A stretch of 64,000 bases of DNA. Source: Patescibacteria group bacterium (GTDB lineage: Bacteria > Patescibacteriota > Patescibacteriia > 2-01-FULL-39-33). How positions within the stretch are numbered: the first letter of the stretch is position 1; the number at the start of each line of letters is the position of its first letter. Below the pieces are notes generated by a model. The model was not told the DNA's origin, made no database searches, and was given only the letters and a program-made list of their open reading frames with translations. A program made the translations under genes and the position numbers. Of the stretch, positions 9,039 to 17,470 are shown in pieces. Location: positions 428,132 through 492,131 of the forward strand of contig JBAZKF010000001.1 in the NCBI GenBank assembly GCA_041650895.1. Direction: 5' to 3'.

Positions 9039-10853
9039 TTAATAACCGCCACCATCACTGTAGCTGGAACTGGAACCGCTGTAACCGCCACCATCACTGT
9101 AGCTGGAACTGGAACCGCTGTAACCGCCACCATCACTGTAGCTGGAACTGGAACTGGAGCTGCTGGAACTGCTACCGCCCCAGTCGCTCCAACCGCTGCT
9201 GGAACCACTACTGGAACTACCGGAGTCAAAAGAAAACGATGACGTACTCTGGCTGTCCTGATAATCGTCGTAGGCCTTTTTGGCCGTCCGACCGGTGTCA
9301 TCAGCCAACTGATATGCTTGATCGGCATTAAAAATAGCCGATTCATAGCACCTGTTAGAGGCGTCACGACGAGCTTGGGCCAAACGGCTTTTAGCGGAAT
9401 CAAAATCCGACTGAGCCGACGAAGAATGACTGCCATAGTTTTCAATATCATCTTCGTTGTCATCAATCATTCGTTCAGCTCGACGTTCTTGATCCGGCCA
9501 AGCCAAGCGATAGGACTCCAAATCATCGACTAACCTCGTAAACTCCCGCAATAAACGATTGGCTTGAGACAAGCCATTGTCGCCACTGGTTATTTCCGAA
9601 TCAGCCAACCTGTAATCTTGATCCTCAGTCGCGATTCTTTGAGCTTCAGCCAAGTGTTCTTTGGCCCGCAAAAGATTATCGCCGGCCAATGTCAGATTGT
9701 CAGCCACTTGCGACCAAACGGTCTTCGCATGAAGATTAAGTTTGGCGCGAAGCTGTCGTGCCTGATTAAGGCCGTTTTGAGAAGCCATAATATTAGAAGC
9801 CAAAATCGCGCCACTATTCCTAACCTTCTCCGCCAGTATTAGTTGCCGATCAGCGCCTTTAATCGCTTCATTAGCCAAATCATACGCCTTAAGCGCACTA
9901 CTGAAGACCAAAAGGAGATCGTACTTGCCTTCTTCAACGATCACTAGTGAAGCCTCGGTGGCGACTGCAAACAACTGCTCCGCCTGACGCAAGTCGGCGT
10001 ATGACTGCTTAAGCGCCTTATCCGCTGTCAGCGGACCTTTGGCAACTAAGTTATCAAGATAGTTGTTAGCCGACGAAATACTGTTTTGAGCCGACGCCAA
10101 CTGTTCTCCCGCGCCAGTCTGCGCCTTCTTGTAGGAATCAAGATTATTCATCACCTTAAAGATGGAAGCATCAACAGAGCCGACAACCAAAAAACTGGCG
10201 CTCAATAGTTCACGCGCCTGCCTAGGGTCGCCTAACCCGGAGCCTTCAACCGGCAATAGACCGGAAATTATTTCCAGGTTGCCGGAGACCTTGTCAAGAC
10301 TGATTTTTGCCGCCGATAACTCTTCATTATTCAAAGCGACATACTTGGACAAATAGTCGCCGCCCTCGCTGGACAGCCTTTCCATGGCCAAAATATAATC
10401 GCGATTTTTTTCTGCCAAATCATTTTGTAGCTGGCTTAATTCCTGGCGAGCATCCTCGGCCAATTTTTCAATCGCCGACAGCTGCTCGTTGGCATTCTCT
10501 ATCGCCCGTTGCGATGCCTCAATAAGTTTTTCGGCTTCAACCGCCTGCGCCTTCTTTTGCTTGGCCTTGCCGGTCGCGTCAGCCTGCTTGATATCTTCCT
10601 CGGCCTGGCTGAGATTGATTCGCCCCGATTCAATTAAGTCGGAAATCGGGACTGAATATTCCGGTTTATACCAACTGGAAACAGCACCGAATTCAGACTG
10701 GAATCGCTCAATAGCCAAAGACTGTCCTATCGCCTCCGCCTTGACGTTGGCCAAACACTTGTCGGCCAAACGCTTAGGCGCGGACATGACCAGCCATAGG
10801 CCGGACGTCATCGCAATAACCAGCAGAATAATCAACACTTTTGACTTGTTCAT
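9039..10853 (-). CDS. Membrane-anchored long coiled-coil protein with a Ser/Gly/Tyr-rich repetitive C-terminus
   Basis: N-terminal TM segment, about 450 aa of heptad-like sequence, and a C-terminus SSSYSDGGGYSGSSSSYSDGGGY encoded by tandem 39-bp repeats. Confidence 0.55.
   Translation of the reverse strand: MNKSKVLIILLVIAMTSGLWLVMSAPKRLADKCLANVKAEAIGQSLAIERFQSEFGAVSSWYKPEYSVPISDLIESGRINLSQAEEDIKQADATGKAKQKKAQAVEAEKLIEASQRAIENANEQLSAIEKLAEDARQELSQLQNDLAEKNRDYILAMERLSSEGGDYLSKYVALNNEELSAAKISLDKVSGNLEIISGLLPVEGSGLGDPRQARELLSASFLVVGSVDASIFKVMNNLDSYKKAQTGAGEQLASAQNSISSANNYLDNLVAKGPLTADKALKQSYADLRQAEQLFAVATEASLVIVEEGKYDLLLVFSSALKAYDLANEAIKGADRQLILAEKVRNSGAILASNIMASQNGLNQARQLRAKLNLHAKTVWSQVADNLTLAGDNLLRAKEHLAEAQRIATEDQDYRLADSEITSGDNGLSQANRLLREFTRLVDDLESYRLAWPDQERRAERMIDDNEDDIENYGSHSSSAQSDFDSAKSRLAQARRDASNRCYESAIFNADQAYQLADDTGRTAKKAYDDYQDSQSTSSFSFDSGSSSSGSSSGWSDWGGSSSSSSSSSSSYSDGGGYSGSSSSYSDGGGYSGSSSSYSDGGGY
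9044..9160. repeat. Three tandem copies of a 39-bp unit (accgccaccatcactgtagctggaactggaaccgctgta) inside the 3' end of the 604-aa gene
   Basis: Perfect direct repeats read directly from the sequence. They encode SSSSYSDGGGYSG units on the minus strand. Confidence 0.9.
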
Positions 10854-11151
10854 GGCACTCGGTTCTCCTTTTGTTGTCAGTTAATTGGTCACCTAAATTA
10901 AAAACACATTAAAGACTATTAAATTTTAATGTTCGCAACCTAAAGAAACCAAAATCATAGCTACTTTAGAATTTTGCATTCTATCATATCTGAGCTAACT
11001 TGTCAAATAAAGCCATAATAACCCAGAAACCCAGGTAGAAACAAGCCCGGGCATACTTAATTATACTGACCAGTATGGTTTTCTCATCGCTTTTTCAATT
11101 GAAAAAATGCCAGCTTCTTGGTAGAATAAAAGAGTTAATCTAATATCGCTT

Positions 11152-12183
11152 ATGCGCATAATTTACGGCTTAGCCGGACAGGGCTTCGGCCACAGCGCCC
11201 GTTCGCGGGAAATCCTCAAACACTTGGCGGCGGCCGGCCACGATATTAAAGTCTTCACTTACGGCCAAGGGGCGTTTTTTTTGCACCATGATTTTGACGT
11301 CTTTGAAATTCCCGGACTAACCCTGAGCTATAAAAATAATAAAGTCAGATATTTCAAAACGTTGCTGGATAATACCAAGAAAGTCTACGGCCAAACACGG
11401 CAATGGAACAAAATTAAAAAAGTTTTTAAGGACTTCGCTCCGGAACTGGTCATTACTGATTTTGAACCGCTAACAGCCTTGCTGGCCAAAAAATTCCGCT
11501 TGCCTCTTATTTCCATTGACAACCAACATCAATTAACCAACACTGAGATCCAAATCAACAAAAAGCATCTCAAGGATCTGATGGCTGACAAAGCTATCAT
11601 TAAGCTAGTCATCTGGAGCGCCAAATATTACCTGGTAACTTCCTTTTTCAAAACCAAGATAAAGAAAAAAAATACTTATTTATTCGCGCCGATCATTCGG
11701 CAGGAAGTGTTGGACATGCAACCGGCCAAAGACGACTACTTTTTGGTTTATGAGGGCGCTGATATGGGCCGACTGACTGAGCTGTTCAAAAGGCTGCCGT
11801 ATAAATTTGTCGTTTTTGGACCGCAACGGCAGGGTCATGAGGGCAATATTGTTTTCAAGCATTTTGACACGCACGAATGGCTGATGTACCTTAACCGCTG
11901 CCGCGCCGTTATCGGCACTGCCGGACTAAGCCTGCTGAGCGAAGCGATCTACCTTAAAAAACCCTACCTGGCTCTGCCGATCAAACACCAGGTTGAGCAG
12001 TTAATCAACGCGCAGTATCTGCAACGACTGGGCTACGGCCAATTCAGTTATGATTTAACAAGTGAGGAGTTTGAGGATTTTGTCGCCCACTTACCCCAAT
12101 ATGAGGAAAGACTGGCCTTCGCCGAGGCTTGTGGCAATAAGGAATTATTTGAAAAACTGGACGAAATCATCGCTAATTCGTAA
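11152..12183 (+). CDS. Glycosyltransferase (MurG/GT28-like, TIGR00661/MJ1255-type)
   Basis: N-terminal IIYGLAGQGFGHSARS, as in GT-B-fold UDP-glycosyltransferases. Confidence 0.55.
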   Translation: MRIIYGLAGQGFGHSARSREILKHLAAAGHDIKVFTYGQGAFFLHHDFDVFEIPGLTLSYKNNKVRYFKTLLDNTKKVYGQTRQWNKIKKVFKDFAPELVITDFEPLTALLAKKFRLPLISIDNQHQLTNTEIQINKKHLKDLMADKAIIKLVIWSAKYYLVTSFFKTKIKKKNTYLFAPIIRQEVLDMQPAKDDYFLVYEGADMGRLTELFKRLPYKFVVFGPQRQGHEGNIVFKHFDTHEWLMYLNRCRAVIGTAGLSLLSEAIYLKKPYLALPIKHQVEQLINAQYLQRLGYGQFSYDLTSEEFEDFVAHLPQYEERLAFAEACGNKELFEKLDEIIANS

Positions 12184-12232
12184 ATTGATCTTGATTTTTT
12201 TAGATAACAGTGATAAAATATTGAAAGATTTC

Positions 12233-12305
12233 GGGTCGTTAGCTCAGCTGGTAGAGCAGTTGCCTCTTAAGCAAACGGTCGCAGGTTCGAATCCTGCACG
12301 ACCCA
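12233..12305 (+). tRNA. tRNA-Lys (anticodon CTT)
   Basis: Manual cloverleaf: acceptor GGGTCGT/ACGACCC, anticodon stem GTTGC/GCAAC, loop CTCTTAA. Confidence 0.8.
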
Positions 12306-12375
12306 CTTGGAAGAATATTAAGAGGCGCACCAGGAGTGCGTCTCTAATTGTGTAAATTATGTAAGCAATGCATCA

Positions 12376-12427
12376 GCACCCATGGTGAAATGGATATCAC
12401 GACTGGCTTCGGACCAGTTATTGGGGG
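12376..12427 (+). pseudogene. Orphan 5' fragment (52 nt) of tRNA-Arg(TCG), identical to 12609-12660
   Basis: Exact direct duplication of the acceptor 5' strand through the 5' strand of the T-stem. No 3' half follows. Confidence 0.8.
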
Positions 12428-12608
12428 TCGCGAAGCGACAGGATAGCAATGAACCGCGAGTTATGTCGGAAGACATAACGAGCGAGTGAATGCCGCCGAG
12501 GCGCCGGTGGCGCGTCGGCGCTATCCCTGGACAACGAATTGTTTCGTTTTCCGACGAAACAATGAGGCGGAAAGAACCGCCAATGACAGTATATAAATCA
12601 AAACTTAA
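12428..12608 (+). ncRNA. GC-rich structured insert between the tRNA-Arg fragment and the intact tRNA-Arg. Function unknown.
   Basis: Multiple hairpins with GNRA-type loops (ttatgtcGGAAgacataa; ggcggAAAGAAccgcc; ttgtttcgTTTTCcgacgaaacaa). No ORF. Shares the CCCTGGACAA core with the insert at 51411-51532. Confidence 0.4.
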
Positions 12609-12680
12609 GCACCCATGGTGAAATGGATATCACGACTGGCTTCGGACCAGTTATTGGGGGTTCGAATCCCTCTGGGTGCA
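12609..12680 (+). tRNA. tRNA-Arg (anticodon TCG)
   Basis: Acceptor GCACCCA/TGGGTGC, anticodon stem ACTGG/CCAGT, loop CTTCGGA, T-loop TTCGAAT. Confidence 0.8.
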
Positions 12681-12693
12681 TAATAAACAAAAA

Positions 12694-12726
12694 AACAGAA
12701 ATCATAACGATTTCTGTTTTTTTTTG
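12694..12726 (+). terminator. Rho-independent terminator (aacagaaatc-ataac-gatttctgtt + T-run)
   Basis: Perfect 10-bp stem followed by 8 T. A near-identical copy lies at 13457-13484. Confidence 0.7.
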
Positions 12727-12765
12727 TTATAGTTTAATCTATTTTAGATGCTATATAATCGGAGG

Positions 12766-12794
12766 TTGACAATTTGACTAGGCTTTGCTATAAT
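12766..12794 (+). promoter_or_regulatory. Consensus sigma70-type promoter TTGACA-N17-TATAAT
   Basis: Exact TTGACA (12766-12771), a 17-nt spacer, and TATAAT (12789-12794). Confidence 0.6.
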
Positions 12795-12883
12795 ACAGTA
12801 TTCCCAATGCGAGGGATGTTCTTTGTAAGTTAAGCATGACATAGGCAGTCACAAAACTCCAAAAAAGAAAGGAGGATAGAATA

Positions 12884-13078
12884 ATGACCATCTTTTGTGT
12901 TCACTTAGTTTCTTTTCTTGTCGTCTGGGTTCTCTTCATTATTGTCTCGGGACACGGTTTCCGCATGACAATGGAAACGACATGGCAGCAACGTGTCTTG
13001 CCTGCTCTATTTTTTACGGGAGTGCTCTATGTTGCGGCACTTCTTGGGACTGGGGTCATTTCTTGGCCACCCTACTAA
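12884..13078 (+). CDS. Small hydrophobic protein (64 aa, two predicted TM helices)
   Basis: RBS aaaggagga 8 nt upstream of the ATG. Sits downstream of the consensus promoter. Confidence 0.45.
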   Translation: MTIFCVHLVSFLVVWVLFIIVSGHGFRMTMETTWQQRVLPALFFTGVLYVAALLGTGVISWPPY

Positions 13079-13179
13079 TCGTAACAAAATAGAAAGGAGA
13101 AAAGCGATGTTAAGGATCATATTAAGGATCGTTCGCAAGGTCATTGGTGTAATTTCTATGTCTGAGTGCAACGGCCGTC

Positions 13180-13299
13180 ATGGTTTTTTCGTTACTCTTG
13201 GATTATGGTAAACTACCTGGTGGATTATTCGCACTTTTTGGAATAATCGTAGCTGTTATTGTGCTTGGTTTATTTGGTTGGTATCTGTTTGATGACTAA
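13180..13299 (+). CDS. Small hydrophobic peptide (MVFSLLLDYGKLPGGLFALFGIIVAVIVLGLFGWYLFDD)
   Basis: Manual translation. Overlaps, in another frame, a 34-aa ORF at 13107-13211 (MLRIILRIVRKVIGVISMSECNGRHGFFVTLGLW) that has its own RBS aaaggagaaaagcg. Confidence 0.3.
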   Translation: MVFSLLLDYGKLPGGLFALFGIIVAVIVLGLFGWYLFDD

Positions 13300-13456
13300 T
13301 CAAATTCTGTACCTTCAGTCGCTCGACATCCGCCAGGGCGACTTTTTAATTTCATTCAATTTTCAAAGAGCTAAAATAATTTGTCGAAAAAAAGTCGAAA
13401 AAAATATCGGGTCGAACCGCATTTTGGTAAAAGAAAATTTTTATGTTTATTCAACT

Positions 13457-13484
13457 GCAGAAATCATAATGATTTCTGTTTTTT
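13457..13484 (+). terminator. Rho-independent terminator, second copy of the 12694 hairpin (gcagaaatc-ataat-gatttctg + T-run)
   Basis: The stem sequence is nearly identical to 12694-12718. Confidence 0.65.
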
Positions 13485-13590
13485 GTTGTAGTTGACTTTT
13501 TTCAAAGACAAGAGTATGATTAACTATCAAGTTTAAGCAGCCTTAATTCGAAACGCACATTTCAAACCAAACAAAAAGGAGACGATAAAG

Positions 13591-14097
13591 ATGTGGCACA
13601 TCGGTGTTCATAGGTATGTCTGCATAATCGGGCCCGTTGTTATAAAAATACCAAGAGTAAAACTTATTCAGTTCTTCGCCCTCATTCTTAAAGATATTAG
13701 AGACTTAAGGTGGTGGGTGTTTAAAATTATAGTTCTCGGTGGAATTATAGAAAACATCAATGAAGCAACTTGTTATTTTCACACAAGGCACAAATTGCTC
13801 GCCCGCCTTTATCTCCCTCTTGTTTTTATTAATGTCTATCGTCGGGAAAGCGGGGTAGGCAATTTCACTTTTGGTGGCGATGAATTAACCAACAAGGTTT
13901 ACAAAACGGGTGATCGTGAGTATCTAAAAGCACTGTTACCGTGTTCACACACTTTTGACCGTACGGAGAATTTTTCTTACGACGGTGTTTGTTTAAAAAT
14001 TCTCGACTATGGTGAGAAAGGATTCGAGCATCTTCTTCTCAATTATGGGGAGCAAATTAAGAAACTGCTCTTATCGGTTGCCAACCAGCCAACATAA
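13591..14097 (+). CDS. Hypothetical protein, paralog of 59359-59970
   Basis: RBS aaaaggag. Shares an N-terminal hydrophobic segment, an R/K-x-K-H-x-LL segment and a C-terminal L(K/R)ILDYG(E/D) motif with the 59359 protein. Confidence 0.5.
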   Translation: MWHIGVHRYVCIIGPVVIKIPRVKLIQFFALILKDIRDLRWWVFKIIVLGGIIENINEATCYFHTRHKLLARLYLPLVFINVYRRESGVGNFTFGGDELTNKVYKTGDREYLKALLPCSHTFDRTENFSYDGVCLKILDYGEKGFEHLLLNYGEQIKKLLLSVANQPT

Positions 14098-14241
14098 CAA
14101 TATGGCCATTTATCCGTATAACGGGTGGATGGCCTAATTTTTTATAATTTACTGCCAAACCGACTAACTTTTAAAAACCCTGCCCTTGAAAAATTCACTT
14201 CAATAGGTTACTATTAACTCATTAAAAATTAAAACAAAATT

Positions 14242-15141
14242 ATGGCTACTTTTTGGATTATTCTTGTCATTTTTGTCTTGATCGTCCTGGCTCTGGCTTC
14301 AGTATTCACTGTCCAACAGCAGAGCGTGGCCGTCATCCAAAGATTCGGCAAGTTCAAAAAAATGTCCTCTTCCGGACTTAACTTCCGCATCCCCCTGATT
14401 GACCACATCGCCGGACACATCGGCCTGCGTATCAATCAGCTGGACGTTAAAATCGAGACCAAAACTGAAGACAATGTTTTTGTCCACGTCACTGTTTCCG
14501 TCCAATATCAGGTCTTGCTGGAAAAACTGTATGACGCTTTTTATAAATTAATAAACCCCAAAGAACAAATATCTTCTTACGTCTTTGATATTGTTCGCGC
14601 TCAGGTTCCAAAACTGAAATTAGACAATGTTTTTGAAAATAAAGACGAGATCGCCAATGCCGTTAACACCGAGTTATCGCAAGCCATGTCCGACTTCGGT
14701 TACCAAATCATTAAATCTTTGGTTACCGATATTGAGCCGGACGCCCAGGTCAAAGCGGCCATGAACGAAATTAACGCCGCTCAGCGCCTGCGCGTTGCCG
14801 CCCAAGAAAAAGGCGAAGCAGAAAAAATTTTAATGGTAAAAAAAGCGGAAGCCGAATCGGAAAGCAAAAAACTGCAAGGTGAAGGCATCGCCAATCAGCG
14901 TCGTGCTATCATTAACGGCCTTAAAGAATCAGTTGACGACTTTCAAAAATCAATCAAGGGTTCAACCGCTCATGACGTTATGAACTTGGTTATGGTTACC
15001 CAATATTTTGACACTCTCAAAGACATCGGCGCTTCTTCCAAAGCCAGCGCCGTGTTTATACCCCATTCTCCGGGAGCGGTCGCCGACTTGACAGCTCAAA
15101 TCCGCGATGCCCTGTTGCAAGCTGATGGAGCCAAGCAATAA
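14242..15141 (+). CDS. SPFH/band-7 (stomatin/prohibitin-like) membrane protein
   Basis: N-terminal TM segment, then QQSVAVIQRFGKF...GLNFRIPLID, typical of band-7 proteins, with a coiled-coil C-terminus. Confidence 0.8.
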   Translation: MATFWIILVIFVLIVLALASVFTVQQQSVAVIQRFGKFKKMSSSGLNFRIPLIDHIAGHIGLRINQLDVKIETKTEDNVFVHVTVSVQYQVLLEKLYDAFYKLINPKEQISSYVFDIVRAQVPKLKLDNVFENKDEIANAVNTELSQAMSDFGYQIIKSLVTDIEPDAQVKAAMNEINAAQRLRVAAQEKGEAEKILMVKKAEAESESKKLQGEGIANQRRAIINGLKESVDDFQKSIKGSTAHDVMNLVMVTQYFDTLKDIGASSKASAVFIPHSPGAVADLTAQIRDALLQADGAKQ

Positions 15142-15285
15142 ACTTAATAGTGTTCCAACCAATAAAACAGCCCGCCATTAAAGCGGGCTGTTTTATTGAC
15201 AAAAAAATCATTTATGATAAGCTGACTGAGGCTTAAAACTTATTGATTTAATGAACTGCAAAAACTCAACCAGAGAGGATTAGCC

Positions 15286-15987
15286 ATGATAAATATCGCT
15301 CATTACATTGACCACACCTTACTTAAGCCCAATGCCACCATCAAACAGATCAAGCAACTTTGCCAGGAAGCCATAAACCATGGATTTTATTCTGTTTGCG
15401 TCAATCCTTGCCATGTCTATCAATGCTTGCTAGCCCTGCACAACACTAACGTTAAAGTTTGCTCGGTAGTCGGATTTCCCTTGGGCGCCAACGATTCTGA
15501 AATTAAATCAGCTGAGGCCAAAGTCGCCATTGCTAAGGGAGCTAATGAATTAGATATGGTAATGAACGTTGGATTTTTATTAAGTGAAGAATTTGATCTT
15601 ATTATTGAAGAAATAGAGGTTATCGCCGCCACTGCTCATTCCAATGACGTTTTACTTAAAGTTATAATTGAAGCCGGCTTGCTGACTGACGAACAAAAAG
15701 TGAAAGCTTGCAAGTTGGCGGCTTACGCTGGAGCTGACTTTGTCAAAACCTGCACCGGCTTTAGCGGCGGCCAAGCTACGGTGGAAGATGTCAGATTAAT
15801 GAAGGCTGCAGTCGGCCAGAGAGTGGAAGTAAAGGCCTCTGGCGGAATCAAGGATTATGCTACGGCGCTCGCCATGATTGAGGCTGGCGCCAGTCGTATC
15901 GGCACCTCCAGCGGAGTCAAAATTGCAATGGAGGAATTGGAAACGCTGGCTAGCCGATTCAATGGCCGGCTAGAAGCTAAAGAATAG
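15286..15987 (+). CDS. deoC: Deoxyribose-phosphate aldolase
   Basis: IDHTLLKP...SVCVNP...GFPLG...DFVKTSTGF-like motifs including the catalytic Lys context. Confidence 0.85.
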   Translation: MINIAHYIDHTLLKPNATIKQIKQLCQEAINHGFYSVCVNPCHVYQCLLALHNTNVKVCSVVGFPLGANDSEIKSAEAKVAIAKGANELDMVMNVGFLLSEEFDLIIEEIEVIAATAHSNDVLLKVIIEAGLLTDEQKVKACKLAAYAGADFVKTCTGFSGGQATVEDVRLMKAAVGQRVEVKASGGIKDYATALAMIEAGASRIGTSSGVKIAMEELETLASRFNGRLEAKE

Positions 15988-15994
15988 AACTTTA

Positions 15995-16024
15995 AAAACG
16001 ACTTGCGTCTGCAAGTCGTTTTTT
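15995..16024 (+). terminator. Rho-independent terminator after deoC
   Basis: aaaacgacttgc-gtct-gcaagtcgtttt followed by a T-run. Confidence 0.65.
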
Positions 16025-16106
16025 ATTTTTTTTAAAATTGTTTAAAATTTTTGTTCCCGTATTTATGTAATTTTAAAAGAGGCATTTATGCCTCTTTTAA
16101 AACTTG

Positions 16107-16189
16107 TGCCCAAGGTGAGACTCGAACTCACACGGCCTTGCGACCAACAGATTTTAAGTCTGTCGTGTATACCATTTCACCACTTGGGC
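16107..16189 (-). tRNA. tRNA-Leu (anticodon TAA), long variable arm
   Basis: Reverse complement folds with acceptor GCCCAAG/CTTGGGC, anticodon loop CTTAAAA and a 14-nt variable arm. Confidence 0.8.
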
Positions 16190-16274
16190 TGACAAAAAAA
16201 GAAATTAAGAAAAAAGAAATAAACAGTATCGGTCCTTAATTTCTAATTTCTCAATTTCTAATTTCTTTCATCTA

Positions 16275-16348
16275 AGCGGCGAAAGGGATTCGAACCCTCG
16301 ACCTCTTCCTTGGCAAGGAAGCGTTCTAGCCAACTGAACTACCGCCGC
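16275..16348 (-). tRNA. tRNA-Gly (anticodon GCC)
   Basis: Reverse complement GCGGCGG...anticodon stem CTTCC/GGAAG, loop TTGCCAA...TTCGAATCC. Confidence 0.8.
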
Positions 16349-16430
16349 ACAAATACCAACCGAATACGACTAAAACGAACATCAGTATTTTAGCAAAAAA
16401 TACCGCCTAAGTCAAGAACTCTTTTACAGC

Positions 16431-17453
16431 CTATAAATACAGGTTGCTTTCCATCACTTCTTTAGTGATTACCCCCTGCTTATAAAGGCTGTTAAGCGAG
16501 TTGTCCATGGTTACCATGCCTTCCTTGGCGCTAGTCTGGATAACCGTCTTTAATTGGGAAATTTTATTCTCACGAATCAAATTGCTGACTGCCGGCGTAT
16601 TAATCAGGATCTCTCTCGCCGCTACGCGCCCGCCGCCGGACGCCGGGATCAACCGCTGGGAAATAATGCCTTTCAAAGTAATGGAGATCTGCATGCGGAC
16701 CTGATTCTGCTGATGGGGCGGAAAAATATCAATAATGCGATCAATGGTCTGAGCGGCGTTATAGGTGTGCAAAGTGGCAAAAACCAAATGGCCGGTTTCC
16801 GCCAAGGTAATGGTGGTGGCGATGGTTTCCAAATTGCGCATTTCTCCCACCATGACCACATTGGGGTCCTGGCGTAAAACATGCACTAAGCCGTCCTGAA
16901 ATGACAACATATCAGTGCCCAACTGTCGCTGGCGAATAATGCTCTTATCGTGCTGGAAAATAAATTCCATCGGATCTTCCAAAGTGATAATATTCTCGTT
17001 ACGATTTTTGTTGATATATTCAACCATTGAAGCAAGCGAGGTGGACTTGCCGCAACCGGTCGGACCGGTAACCAAAATCAATCCCCTGTCCAAATTGCAC
17101 AAATCATAAACCACCTTAGGCATACTGATATCTTCCATACTGGGAATAACATTCGGAATGGTTCTGGCAGATAAGGAAATAGTATCCTTCTCAAACTGCA
17201 GATTGACTCTAAAACGGAAACCGTCGCCGTCGTCATAAGCAAAATCAAGATTTTTTTCAATCAAAAACTTTTTGAAACGGCTTTCTTCCACCATGTTACT
17301 GACCATGGTTTCGATTTCTTTAGCGCTAAGCGGTTTGCCATCCAGAGGCTTTAGCTCGCCGTCTATGCGCAAATAAGGCGGTAATCCTGCGACCAAATGC
17401 AAATCTGAAGCATTAGCCTCAACAACTTGCTTAAACACGCTCTCTAAAGTCAT
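16431..17453 (-). CDS. pilT: Type IV pilus retraction ATPase PilT (twitching motility protein)
   Basis: Walker A GPTGCGKST, Asp/His boxes, and strong overall similarity to the PilT/PilU family. Confidence 0.85.
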   Translation of the reverse strand: MTLESVFKQVVEANASDLHLVAGLPPYLRIDGELKPLDGKPLSAKEIETMVSNMVEESRFKKFLIEKNLDFAYDDGDGFRFRVNLQFEKDTISLSARTIPNVIPSMEDISMPKVVYDLCNLDRGLILVTGPTGCGKSTSLASMVEYINKNRNENIITLEDPMEFIFQHDKSIIRQRQLGTDMLSFQDGLVHVLRQDPNVVMVGEMRNLETIATTITLAETGHLVFATLHTYNAAQTIDRIIDIFPPHQQNQVRMQISITLKGIISQRLIPASGGGRVAAREILINTPAVSNLIRENKISQLKTVIQTSAKEGMVTMDNSLNSLYKQGVITKEVMESNLYL

Positions 17454-17470
17454 AAAGATATGTTATATAT

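Noticed and set aside
9003-9242. 79-aa Thr/Ala/Gly-repeat ORF on the plus strand
   Set aside because: It is an antisense reading of the 39-bp tandem repeats that belong to the minus-strand 604-aa gene.
12062-12355. 97-aa plus-strand ORF
   Set aside because: It extends out of the glycosyltransferase 3' end through tRNA-Lys and is not coding.
12428-12608. Group I or group II intron in tRNA-Arg
   Set aside because: The insert is too short for a group I core, there is no intron-encoded ORF, and the tRNA is duplicated rather than simply interrupted. It is kept only as one of several hypotheses in the findings.
16051-16239. 62-aa plus-strand ORF
   Set aside because: It overlaps tRNA-Leu(TAA) and its flanking terminator hairpin.
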